From Candidatus Hadarchaeota archaeon (lineage in GTDB: Archaea > CAYQAE01 > CAYVLA01), in NCBI GenBank assembly GCA_964452145.1, contig CAYVLA010000010.1, positions 1 to 59,106 on the forward strand: a stretch of 59,106 nucleotides of DNA. The letters are read 5' to 3'. Below the pieces are notes generated by a model. It made no database searches. It saw only the letters and a list, made by a program, of their open reading frames with translations, and was not told where the DNA came from. The position numbers and the translations under genes were made by a program. Of this stretch, positions 36,034 through 44,975 are shown in pieces. Each line of letters begins with the position of its first letter. The first letter of the stretch is position 1.

Positions 36034-37599
36034 GTGACCCGGAGAGGCCCCGTGACCAGCTATCTACTGGTTCAGAAACGCGATCTTGGGATCCTTTCTA
36101 ACATAGTGGGCAGGCTTCTGATTCTCATTGGGTTTCTCCTGCTCGTGCCTCTCCCGGTCTGCCTTGTCTTCAGCGAGATCTTCGCGATTCCAGGTTTCAT
36201 CGTCGGCTCCCTGTCCTCCTTCGCGGTTGGCCTTGCGCTCTACCTGCCCTTCAGAGATTCGCCCGAAGCCCGAGACAAGCACGGCATGATGGCTGCTGCC
36301 ATATGCTGGCTGCTGATGCCGGTCGTCAGCGCGGTGCCCTACGTCCTTGTTTCACAGTCGATACCGCCGGATTCCGGGCTCTTCTGCAATATGACCGTTC
36401 TGGATGGATACTTCGAGGCCATGTCGGGCTGGACCGGCACGGGACTCACCATGGTGGACAACGAGGAGCTTTTGCCCCGCAGCCTGCAGTTCTGGAGAAC
36501 GGTGACGCAGTGGGTCGGGGGGGTCGGCGTTATCGTGTTGATGTTGGCCATTCTGGCAAGGCCCGGGACGGGCGCTTTCTCCCTCTACGCGGGAGAGGGT
36601 AGGGTGGACAAGCTTGAGCCGAGGATTGTGGATACCGTCCGGCAGATCTGGAAGATCTTCCTGATCTATACCGTGGCCGGGATTCTGCTCCTCACAATCG
36701 TCGGGATGCCTTTGTGGGATTCGATCAACCACGGCATGACCGCGCTGGCAACCGGGGGCTTCTCGGTGAGAGACCACAGCATCGCAGGCTACGGGAACCC
36801 CGTCATAGAGATGGCCATGATCCCGTTGATGCTGCTAGGCGCGATCTCGTTCGTGGTTCATAACAGTGTTTTCAGAAGGAGGTTCCGAGATTTCCTCGGG
36901 GATGTCCAAAACAAGGCCCTGTTCAGCCTGTGCACTCTTGGTACCATTCTTCTGGCAACCGAACTGCTTCTCAGGGGTCCATTTGCGGGCAGGATCCTTC
37001 AATCCATGCGAGTGGCTTCCTTCCAGTTCGTATCCGCCCTGACTTGTACGGGTCTGCAGACCGCCGATGTGCACCCTTGGTCTCCGCAGGCCAAGCTCCT
37101 CATCTCCCTCGCCATGATAGCTGGAGGGGCGGCGGGCTCGACCGTCGGTGGGATCAAGCTTGTCAGGCTCATACTTGTGACGAAGGGCGCCAACTGGAAG
37201 TTCATGCAGACCTTCCTGCCTCCCGGGACCTATGTGCCCAAGAAGCTTGGCAAGGTGGTTCTCTCCGAAGAGGAAACATCCGAGGTCGTACTGGAGGCTG
37301 CGACCCTCTCATTCATGTACCTCATACTTCTGGTCGTGGGAATCATCGTCATGATGCACGCCCTCGGGCCGGTGTACTCCGCCAGCGACATCATCTTCGA
37401 GGTCTGCTCGGCCCAGGGCAACGTAGGGATGTCGGTTGGGATAACCATGCCCTCCATGAGTGCCGTTGCCAAGGTCATGTTGATCATCAATATGTGGGCG
37501 GGCAGGCTGGAGATATTCCCAGCCCTCATGCTGATACAGTCAGTCTTCTTCTATTTCAGGCTCAAGAGGAAGGCGGCGAGAGTTGTGATACACGAATGA
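36034..37599 (+). CDS. trkH: Trk-type K+ uptake membrane subunit
   Basis: Multiple TMs; pore motifs SGWTGTG, ATGGFS, TCTG, GNVG; QWVGGVG, STVGGIK and GRLEI. Confidence 0.93.
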   Translation: MTRRGPVTSYLLVQKRDLGILSNIVGRLLILIGFLLLVPLPVCLVFSEIFAIPGFIVGSLSSFAVGLALYLPFRDSPEARDKHGMMAAAICWLLMPVVSAVPYVLVSQSIPPDSGLFCNMTVLDGYFEAMSGWTGTGLTMVDNEELLPRSLQFWRTVTQWVGGVGVIVLMLAILARPGTGAFSLYAGEGRVDKLEPRIVDTVRQIWKIFLIYTVAGILLLTIVGMPLWDSINHGMTALATGGFSVRDHSIAGYGNPVIEMAMIPLMLLGAISFVVHNSVFRRRFRDFLGDVQNKALFSLCTLGTILLATELLLRGPFAGRILQSMRVASFQFVSALTCTGLQTADVHPWSPQAKLLISLAMIAGGAAGSTVGGIKLVRLILVTKGANWKFMQTFLPPGTYVPKKLGKVVLSEEETSEVVLEAATLSFMYLILLVVGIIVMMHALGPVYSASDIIFEVCSAQGNVGMSVGITMPSMSAVAKVMLIINMWAGRLEIFPALMLIQSVFFYFRLKRKAARVVIHE

Positions 37600-37629
37600 G
37601 AAGGGGATGGTTGGCTGACCGATCGTTTC

Positions 37630-38337
37630 ATGTGCATCACGGAAACCAGCATAGGAAGAGCGTGGGAGGCAGCTGTTCTTCACACCTGGCACAAGGGATC
37701 TGTCATCTCGACCGAGTATGGGGAACGATCAAAGGATGTTGTTGGCTGCATTGAGGTGCTGGAGCCCCTGAGCCAGCCCGTTGTCCACAGGGCGGTCTTC
37801 GCATGGCACAGGAAGGACAGCTACGCCAAGGAGATACTGAACGGGACGGAGGACCACCGCATCGGAAAGGATTGGTGGTACACCTATCATCAGAGGCTCT
37901 TCGGCTATCCGGCGGGTCCGGACCGCTATCCTCAGCCGCCCTTCGTAGACCAGGTGGACTACATGGTCCGCAAACTCTCCACGGCCCCCCATACAAGGAG
38001 GGCTCAGGCGATCACATGGTCGCCCGTTCACGACCAGTGGAAGGACGATCCACCATGTCTGCAGCGGGTCTGGTGCAGAATCCTGGATGGCAAGCTTGAG
38101 TTCCACACCTACTGGAGATCGAGGGATCTATGGAAGGCCTGGTGGCTGAACGTCTACGCGTTCACCAAGATGCAGAGGATGATGGCCGACAGACTGGGCT
38201 GCGGAGTCGGCAGGTACGTTGACATTAGCTCGGCCCTACACATCTACGAGAGGGACTGGGATCAGGTCGAGCACAACTTCGTTAACATCTGCGAGACCCG
38301 GGACGAGAAGGATAGGTACTTCTGGGATAGGGAATAG
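37630..38337 (+). CDS. thyA: Thymidylate synthase, archaeal ThyA type (possible CTG start 37615)
   Basis: YTYHQRL, DQ, TRRAQAITW, PPCLQ, RSRD..KAW..N and HIY motifs. Confidence 0.88.
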   Translation: MCITETSIGRAWEAAVLHTWHKGSVISTEYGERSKDVVGCIEVLEPLSQPVVHRAVFAWHRKDSYAKEILNGTEDHRIGKDWWYTYHQRLFGYPAGPDRYPQPPFVDQVDYMVRKLSTAPHTRRAQAITWSPVHDQWKDDPPCLQRVWCRILDGKLEFHTYWRSRDLWKAWWLNVYAFTKMQRMMADRLGCGVGRYVDISSALHIYERDWDQVEHNFVNICETRDEKDRYFWDRE

Positions 38338-38655
38338 CAGAACGCTTGTCAAGCCGGTCAAGTCCCTCCGTCTCAAGAGGGGTGCACAAGGCATTCATGC
38401 CATGTGCCCTCCGGAATGTCCGGTCGGTTGACGCACATTCAGGTTGATGGGGCTTCAGGGCCCAAGTAGGTGAGAGGACTTTTGAATCAGGCCTCGGTTG
38501 ACACCTACACGCGGCTCTGCAACGAGCGTGGCCTAGAAGGATGATGCCTAGCCTTTGGCTGACCAGAGCAGTGATACTGCTCTCAGCTCGCCATAGTTGA
38601 GCCTTGTCACACTTAATAACGCACTCGGACCTGCGACAGCGGATAGGATTGGCAA

Positions 38656-39351
38656 ATGAGGCTTGCTTCGCTTCTCTCCGGGGGAAAGGACAGCGTACTC
38701 TCGATCCAACGCGCCCTCAAAGGCGGACATGACGTGGCCTACGCCGTAACGGTCTTCCCGGAGAGAGATGATTCGTACATGTTCCACGTACCCAATCTCT
38801 GGCTGACCACCATGCAAGCCGAATCCATGGGAATCCTCCATGTGCGAAGAGCAAGTAAGGGCGTCAAGGAGAGGGAGCTCGAGGACCTGAGGGAAGCCCT
38901 CCGACCCTTGGAGATCGATGGGGTTCTGGTGGGGGCCATAGGCTCTAGGTACCAGTTCACCAGGGTTTCCAGGATATGTGATGACCTCGGAATCGATGTG
39001 CTAGCTCCTCTCTGGGGGGCCGATCCCGAAGCCCTATATGGGGAGATGTTGGGGGCGGGCTACAAGGTGATGATCGTCGGGGTGTACGCCGATGGGCTCG
39101 GTCCCGAATGGCTGGGCAGGATCATCGATGTCGATGCGGTTGAGGAGCTGAGGAGAGTTCAGGCCGAAAGAGGAATCGGGCTATCCTTTGAAGGCGGGGA
39201 AGCCGAGACTCTGGTGCTGGACTGCCCAATCTTCTCGAGGCGGATCGTCATCGATTCGGCCGAGGTGAGCTGGAAGACATGCCGCGGCGAATACATCGTC
39301 AACCGAGCTCATCTCGAGGACAAGGCTGGTGCAGAAGAAGGGCCCGGATGA
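38656..39351 (+). CDS. dph6: Diphthine--ammonia ligase (PP-loop ATPase)
   Basis: SGGKDS, SYMFH.PN, GAI.S.YQ, PLW and EGGEAETLVLD.P.F motifs. Confidence 0.92.
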   Translation: MRLASLLSGGKDSVLSIQRALKGGHDVAYAVTVFPERDDSYMFHVPNLWLTTMQAESMGILHVRRASKGVKERELEDLREALRPLEIDGVLVGAIGSRYQFTRVSRICDDLGIDVLAPLWGADPEALYGEMLGAGYKVMIVGVYADGLGPEWLGRIIDVDAVEELRRVQAERGIGLSFEGGEAETLVLDCPIFSRRIVIDSAEVSWKTCRGEYIVNRAHLEDKAGAEEGPG

Positions 39352-40534
39352 ACTGGTCCTTGCCCAGGACGCCGAGTCGTCCCAATCGTGCGTTCTGCTC
39401 GTTGTACTCCATGCCTTCCTTTGTCTGACCATTGGACGAGGCTATAACGAATGGGGTGGGATCCCTCACATGGGTTCTGACGGTACACGGAGTGAAATGG
39501 TCGGGTATGACCGAGACCCTGTAATCTACCCCTCGGTCCTCCAAACCAGAAAGGAGGTTGCGGACAAGGCGGTGATCGAAGTCCTCGATGGCTTTGATCT
39601 TGCCATCAAGACTGCCCGAGTGCCCCATTTCATCGATGGCCTCCACATGGACGTATACCAGATCGCATGATTTCAGTGCATCCAGTGCGGCGTTGGCCTT
39701 ACCCTCGTAGTTGGTGTCGATGAACCCGGTAGCCCCGGGTATGAGTGGGGCATCCATGCCGGCGCTTCTCGCCAGACCTCTCACCGTGTCCACGGCCGAT
39801 ATTGCCGTGCCCGTGACCCCCCACAGATCCTTGAAAGGTCGTATCCTGAGCCTCCGCCCGGGGCTCCATGGCCAGATCATATTGGCAGGATTCAGGCCTT
39901 CCGCCCTTCTTCTCTCATTGACCGGGTGGTCGTCCAGTATCTCGGTCGATCGAAGGATGAGCCTTCTGACCAGGTTCTCGGTTGGTCTGGCTGCGGGGTC
40001 CCGGGCTTCAGGGAGGTAGGGCAGATACGGCTGACCGACGATGTCGTGGGGGGGCGTTGTCACAACCTCGGACGAGTAGTCGCCCTTGAGAACGAGAATG
40101 TTGCGAAAGCTCTTGCCGGCGTGGAGCCTCACCGAGTCGCATTCCAGACTTGCTCTCAAGGCCTCGATGAGCCGGGCTCCGTCCTCGCTGTCGATGTAGC
40201 TGGAGGAGTAGTCAGAGAGAATGTTGCCCGCTCGGGTGACAAGGTTGCACCGGAACGCAATCTCATCCTGCTCCAGCAGTATCCCCAGGGCGGCGGCCTC
40301 GATTGCACCCCTTCCCGTCAGGTGGGTCGAAGGGTCGTAACCCATGATGGACATGTTCGCAACATCGCTCCCGGCTTGGGTTCCCTTCGGGACGCTGACG
40401 AATAGGCCCATTTCTCCTCCGATCCCAAGCGATTTCACGTTGGGCGCCCGGGCCGCCATGAGAGGCGTTCGCCATGAAAGCTCGCGCAGTGGATAATCAG
40501 CCATCCCGTCCGGGACCAGTATGACGTACTTCAC
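39299..40534 (-). CDS. apgM: Cofactor-independent phosphoglycerate mutase (archaeal type)
   Basis: DGMAD, TPL, GSDVAN.SIMGYDP, GRG.IEA, AFRCN, HVEA.DE.GH and PDH.TP motifs. Confidence 0.92.
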   Translation of the reverse strand: MKYVILVPDGMADYPLRELSWRTPLMAARAPNVKSLGIGGEMGLFVSVPKGTQAGSDVANMSIMGYDPSTHLTGRGAIEAAALGILLEQDEIAFRCNLVTRAGNILSDYSSSYIDSEDGARLIEALRASLECDSVRLHAGKSFRNILVLKGDYSSEVVTTPPHDIVGQPYLPYLPEARDPAARPTENLVRRLILRSTEILDDHPVNERRRAEGLNPANMIWPWSPGRRLRIRPFKDLWGVTGTAISAVDTVRGLARSAGMDAPLIPGATGFIDTNYEGKANAALDALKSCDLVYVHVEAIDEMGHSGSLDGKIKAIEDFDHRLVRNLLSGLEDRGVDYRVSVIPDHFTPCTVRTHVRDPTPFVIASSNGQTKEGMEYNEQNARLGRLGVLGKDQFIRALLLHQPCPRDELG

Positions 40535-41544
40535 TCGCTCCCTCCCCGTGCTGAGGGTGGGTTGCGGAGTCGCTGACGCACAGCGGCAACGATCAGGGGC
40601 AGGGCTATCGTTGCGTCTCCGTATACGGTCACTGCTTGGCAGTCCTCCTCAAGCTTGCCCCATGATATCGCCTCATCCAGGGTGGCACCGGAGAGCCCGC
40701 CGGCCTCAGGCCTGTCCGTCGTTATCTGAACCGCGAAGCGGAATCCCTTCGGTGCCACGAGCTTGCTCTGAAGGATGAAGTTCTTGGGAGCGCCACCCCC
40801 AATCAGAAGGGCACCAGAGGGGTCGGCTGCGAAGGAGATCTCGAGGATTCTGCCAAGATCGGCCAGCACGTCAAGCCTGATCGGGTGGGTCTGGGAGTAG
40901 AAGAAGGTCTGCATTCCCAGAATGGAATCGGGGAAGGCCGGTATGAAGACGGGGATCTTCATCCTTGCGGCCGTTGCCGTGAGCGAACCATCATCATCGA
41001 TCCTGGAACCCAGTTCGAAGAGGAGTTCACTGGGTGAGATCGGGTCCTTTCTTTGAGGCAGGAACTTGTCGAAAAGATCGGTGATCCTGCGCTCGAAGAT
41101 GGTGAACGCCTCCTCCTCCAAGAAGGACTCGTAGATCCGGCTGACGCCCTTCGCCCTCAGATGGGCATCGCTGGAGTAGGACACCTCCCTCCATTGAGGC
41201 ACGCCGAACGAGCACATGATGTCGTGGGTGATGTTTGCTCCGGTGGATACCACCACGTCGATCATTTCGTCCCGCACCATCTGGGCTATGATGCGTCTGA
41301 GGCCTGCGGGAACCATGGCACCGGCCAGACCTAGGAAGTTCGTGGAATCAGAGCCGACCATCTTCTCCAGGATGTCGGCTGCCTTCTTGACTCGACCGGC
41401 ACCGAAGACTCCCCCCCTGCCCAGCTCATCCACGAGGCCGGCGGCCGTCAGGTCCGGCCCGATCTGCATGTCTTCAATCTTCTTCCTGACCGGCCCAGAA
41501 CCGCGAGATGATCTCGGCTTCCTAGGAGCTCTTGACCCGCTCAA
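40531..41544 (-). CDS. dys: Deoxyhypusine synthase
   Basis: GAMVPAGLR, STGANITHD, PAF.DS, GGG.PKN and GGLSGA...EAISWGK (active-site Lys). Confidence 0.95.
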   Translation of the reverse strand: MSGSRAPRKPRSSRGSGPVRKKIEDMQIGPDLTAAGLVDELGRGGVFGAGRVKKAADILEKMVGSDSTNFLGLAGAMVPAGLRRIIAQMVRDEMIDVVVSTGANITHDIMCSFGVPQWREVSYSSDAHLRAKGVSRIYESFLEEEAFTIFERRITDLFDKFLPQRKDPISPSELLFELGSRIDDDGSLTATAARMKIPVFIPAFPDSILGMQTFFYSQTHPIRLDVLADLGRILEISFAADPSGALLIGGGAPKNFILQSKLVAPKGFRFAVQITTDRPEAGGLSGATLDEAISWGKLEEDCQAVTVYGDATIALPLIVAAVRQRLRNPPSARGGSE

Positions 41545-41911
41545 TCATCCGCCTGCCCTCGAACTCGGTGTAATCGATCTCCGCGCCTTCAACAAGACCC
41601 GGCAGATCGGGCCTATCGATCTCAAAAGTTGAGTAGTCTCCCAGATCCATGACCTGGATCGCCTTGCCCATCGTTGCCAGATACTGGGCGGTCTTCCTCT
41701 CGACAACCGGAATCTCGATCTTGGAATCGACCGGAAGGATGAAGGAGCGGCGCTGGCCATCGAATATGCCAATGGCCTCCACCCGGGCCTTCGCCGCACC
41801 ATGCTTTCCCGGTTTCGATGTCGTGTAGCTCATGATGCGGCAAGGCTGGTCATCTATCATGACGGCATAGCCGACCTTCAGAGTTCGAACCTCAGCCACC
41901 CTTCGGGTCAT
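41522..41911 (-). CDS. eif5a: Translation factor aIF-5A
   Basis: SKPGKHGAAKAR hypusine loop; adjacent to dys. Confidence 0.96.
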   Translation of the reverse strand: MTRRVAEVRTLKVGYAVMIDDQPCRIMSYTTSKPGKHGAAKARVEAIGIFDGQRRSFILPVDSKIEIPVVERKTAQYLATMGKAIQVMDLGDYSTFEIDRPDLPGLVEGAEIDYTEFEGRRMIERVKSS

Positions 41912-42009
41912 CAGAATCGACTTCTTGGCCAACCCCGGCCTGAGGAAGATATAAATATTTTTGGACGGGGCTGAACATCGCGCAGCACCGGTCCCGAGGC
42001 TCGACCAGC

Positions 42010-42846
42010 ATGAGACTTCAAAGGATAGGCGTGATGTCCAACGATCTACCCAGAGCGATCGATCTTGCCATGGAATCGGCGGACCACCTGAGGAGCAAGA
42101 CCGAGGTTTTCCTGGAGGATCAACTCCTCAGGAAGATGGCGGAGAAGGACCCCGGGGTCTCGTCGAGGTACCGTGTTCTGGAGCCGGGCGGGGCCGTCGA
42201 CCTGGTACTGGTCTTCGGGGGAGACGGCACGATACTACGAGCGGTGCGATCCTTCGGTGACAGGGAGACACCCGTGTTCGGCGTGAACATGGGGAGGATG
42301 GGTTTCCTCAGCCAGGTTGAGCCCAGGGAGCTTAGGTCCTCGCTTAAGAAGCTGTCTGAAGGCAGGTTCGAACTGCAGAGGCGGATGAAGATAGAGGTGC
42401 AGCTGGGCGCGGAGAAGCTTGGGTCCGCCCTGAACGAGCTTCTCGTGCTTGGTACCAGGGTCGGCAAGGTGTTCCGCGCCAACATTCAGATCGGATCGCT
42501 GGGCGATCTGGCGCTTGAGGCGGATGGTCTGGTCGTGGCAACGCCTACGGGTTCAACCGGCCATTCCCTCTCGGTCGGAGGTCCGGTGGTGGAGGGGGGT
42601 CTGGACGCCCTGACGCTGGCACCTTTGGGGGCTCTGAAGCCGGCCCGGCCCGTGGTTGTGTCGGCCGACAGAGGGATCAACATCATGCCCGGAGAGGAGT
42701 GCACGCTCGCAACGGACGGACAAGTCGTAGCAACGGCCCGGCAGGGGATGGAGATCAAGGTCCAGAGGTCCGAGACAAGAGCAGTCTTCGCGGTGACGGA
42801 TACAAACCTCTTTTGGAGGAAGCTGCGTCAAAGGATCGGGGGATAG
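42010..42846 (+). CDS. nadK: NAD kinase
   Basis: GGDGT, GVN.G.MGFL, LNE and ADG.VVATPTGSTG.SLS.GGP motifs. Confidence 0.94.
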   Translation: MRLQRIGVMSNDLPRAIDLAMESADHLRSKTEVFLEDQLLRKMAEKDPGVSSRYRVLEPGGAVDLVLVFGGDGTILRAVRSFGDRETPVFGVNMGRMGFLSQVEPRELRSSLKKLSEGRFELQRRMKIEVQLGAEKLGSALNELLVLGTRVGKVFRANIQIGSLGDLALEADGLVVATPTGSTGHSLSVGGPVVEGGLDALTLAPLGALKPARPVVVSADRGINIMPGEECTLATDGQVVATARQGMEIKVQRSETRAVFAVTDTNLFWRKLRQRIGG

Positions 42847-42852
42847 CCGACC

Positions 42853-43347
42853 ACGCCCAGCGTCTACGTACTGGACACTTCCTCCGTGATCGGCGGCTAC
42901 ATGCCGGAGGACGGGGAGAGCTACACAGTCCCAGAGGTTGTCAAGGAGGCCAGGGGTCTGACAGCCTCGGCCCTGATCGGCGTGTCCCTGACCAGGCACT
43001 CGCTCAGAGTCTGGGACGCCTCTGCAGCCAACGTGGACCGAGTGGAGGAAGAGCTCAGAAAGCTCGGCGGACGCCTCTCACAAACGGACGTGAGGGTCAT
43101 TGCCCTGGCTCTGGATCTGAGTTCCGGGGGGCAGGACCCCACGATCCTGACCGACGACTACGGAATTCAGAACCTTGCCAGGGTTCTGAATCTGAGGTAC
43201 AGCCCGATCATGACCAAAGGCATAAGGTCGGTCTTTGAGTGGAAGAAAGCATGCTCCGGCTGCGGTAAGGAGTGTGCCGGTGAGGGGGACATATGCCCGG
43301 TCTGCGGCAGCAAGCTCGTCAGGGTCGCGGTCAGGAGACCGTGTTAG
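42853..43347 (+). CDS. nob1: NOB1 rRNA-maturation endonuclease (PIN + Zn ribbon); start codon non-canonical or uncertain
   Basis: VYVLDTSS lies upstream of the first GTG (42886); T.PEV..E, LSQTD, TDDYGIQN, CSGC...CPVCG motifs. Confidence 0.88.
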   Translation, partial: TPSVYVLDTSSVIGGYMPEDGESYTVPEVVKEARGLTASALIGVSLTRHSLRVWDASAANVDRVEEELRKLGGRLSQTDVRVIALALDLSSGGQDPTILTDDYGIQNLARVLNLRYSPIMTKGIRSVFEWKKACSGCGKECAGEGDICPVCGSKLVRVAVRRPC

Positions 43348-43460
43348 CGGTCTACCGCGGCGGACCTTAGAACATGATATCAACCAGGTGCAATCTCCTG
43401 TGGCCAAGGCAACCGCATCATATATATGCCCTTCGAAGCGGGGAGGGGGTTGGTGTCGGT

Positions 43461-44966
43461 TTGACCCAGACGCGACCTGTGGTAGGGGTCGTCACTTTCA
43501 CGGATCCCCGAGATACGGGATTGGCTGTGGAGAGGGAGGCCTATCTGTTTGAGTGCCATCGATCGCTGACCCGGTTTCTTGCGAGTCAGAGCGTGAAGGT
43601 CATAGATCCCATGAAGAGGCTGAGGAAGGACTGGGCCAAGGCTGGAACCTTCGGCATCCGGTCCAAGCCCGAGGTGGACAAGGCCGTCGAGATTCTGAGA
43701 GCTGGGGGGGTGGAATGCCTCATCCTCGGATGCTGGCACTGGACCGAGCCCATGCTGCCGATAGCACTTGTCAGGGAGTTGAATCTGCCCGTTATGCTGT
43801 ACGGAGAACACAACCCCGCTTGGGCGGCGTCGACCTGCATCTCCTCTATCGGGGCAAGCTTCTGGGAGAACGCCGCGAATGCCAACATGCTTAGGCATAC
43901 CAGAATCCAGGGAAGAAAGGAGGGGGTGTTGCCCTGGATACGAGGAGTCAGTGCGGGGTCCAAGCTGGCGAGGGGATCCCTCCTTCTCTGGGGCTTCTCC
44001 TACTGCCTCAGAATGGAGCACCTGCAGGACGATCTCCCAAGACTCAAGAGCTTCCTCGTCGGGGACTTCCTCATGGAGGAACAGTATGGGCTGATCAGGC
44101 GGGCCGAGGAGCTTCTGGGCCAGGCGAAAAGGATAGATGCAATGGTATCTTGGCTTTCCAGAGGCGGATGCAGGATCGAGTACGACGAGGAGATGCTAAC
44201 ACAGGAGTCCCTCAGAAGGGAGGTAGCCCTGTACCTTGCAGCAAAGGACAGCGTGATGGCCAGGATCGCCGAAGGGGAGGCGGTTCTCGGCGCATCCATA
44301 AGGTGTCAGCCGGAGCTGTCCGTGGAGTACGGGGTGACGCCCTGTCTCATACCCTCCTTGATCCCCTATCCCGAGGACGCCGAGGGCACCAAGCCGGTAA
44401 TACCGGTGGTATGTGAAGGCGACATAAAGGGCCTGGTAACCTGCGCGCTCCTACATCAGATCAACCCGAGCTGCCCCCCGCTCTTCGGCGACCTCAAGTA
44501 CGTCGATGACAACCTTATGATAATCTCCAACTGCGGAGGGGCCTCGATATACTACTCGTCGCTCTCCCCACTGGCGTGCGAGTGCCTTCCAGAGGTCTGG
44601 ATCAGGGGACAGGTCCAGGGTGCATCGGGGGGAGCCGTCGGTTTCTACAGCAAGCCGTCAAAGGTGACCGTTGCAAGGATCACACGCATCGATGGGGAGT
44701 ACTGGATGCAGTACGGCATGGGAGCGATCACCCAGATGACCGAGGAAGTGAAAAGTAAGATCCTCTGGGGCAGGATGTGGCCTAACACGCCCATCGAGAT
44801 GAGTGCACCACGGGATCTCTTGATCGCGGCCGTCGGGTCGAATCACTTCTCGGCCAGCCCGGGCGATCTGACCCGCGAGATAGAAGCGTTCTGCAGGCTA
44901 AAAGACATGCCCAGGGTGAGGCTCGACTCGGAGGAGGAGCTGGAGGCCTTCGTGGATACGATCTGA
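43461..44966 (+). CDS. L-fucose/L-arabinose isomerase family protein
   Basis: TFTDPR, W.WTEP, CQPELS, CEGD.KG, SNCG and GSNH motifs; CATATATATG box upstream. Confidence 0.8.
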   Translation: MTQTRPVVGVVTFTDPRDTGLAVEREAYLFECHRSLTRFLASQSVKVIDPMKRLRKDWAKAGTFGIRSKPEVDKAVEILRAGGVECLILGCWHWTEPMLPIALVRELNLPVMLYGEHNPAWAASTCISSIGASFWENAANANMLRHTRIQGRKEGVLPWIRGVSAGSKLARGSLLLWGFSYCLRMEHLQDDLPRLKSFLVGDFLMEEQYGLIRRAEELLGQAKRIDAMVSWLSRGGCRIEYDEEMLTQESLRREVALYLAAKDSVMARIAEGEAVLGASIRCQPELSVEYGVTPCLIPSLIPYPEDAEGTKPVIPVVCEGDIKGLVTCALLHQINPSCPPLFGDLKYVDDNLMIISNCGGASIYYSSLSPLACECLPEVWIRGQVQGASGGAVGFYSKPSKVTVARITRIDGEYWMQYGMGAITQMTEEVKSKILWGRMWPNTPIEMSAPRDLLIAAVGSNHFSASPGDLTREIEAFCRLKDMPRVRLDSEEELEAFVDTI

Positions 44967-44975
44967 TCTGCCGGG

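Noticed and set aside
37597..37632. TrkH-ThyA readthrough fusion (same frame across TGA)
   Set aside because: thyA has its own ATG (and a possible CTG with an RBS), and both proteins are complete.
38338..38655. RNase P RNA, SRP RNA, tRNA or C/D-box sRNA
   Set aside because: Conserved P4, SRP helix-8 and T-loop motifs were not found; the C/D-like words lack a terminal D box.
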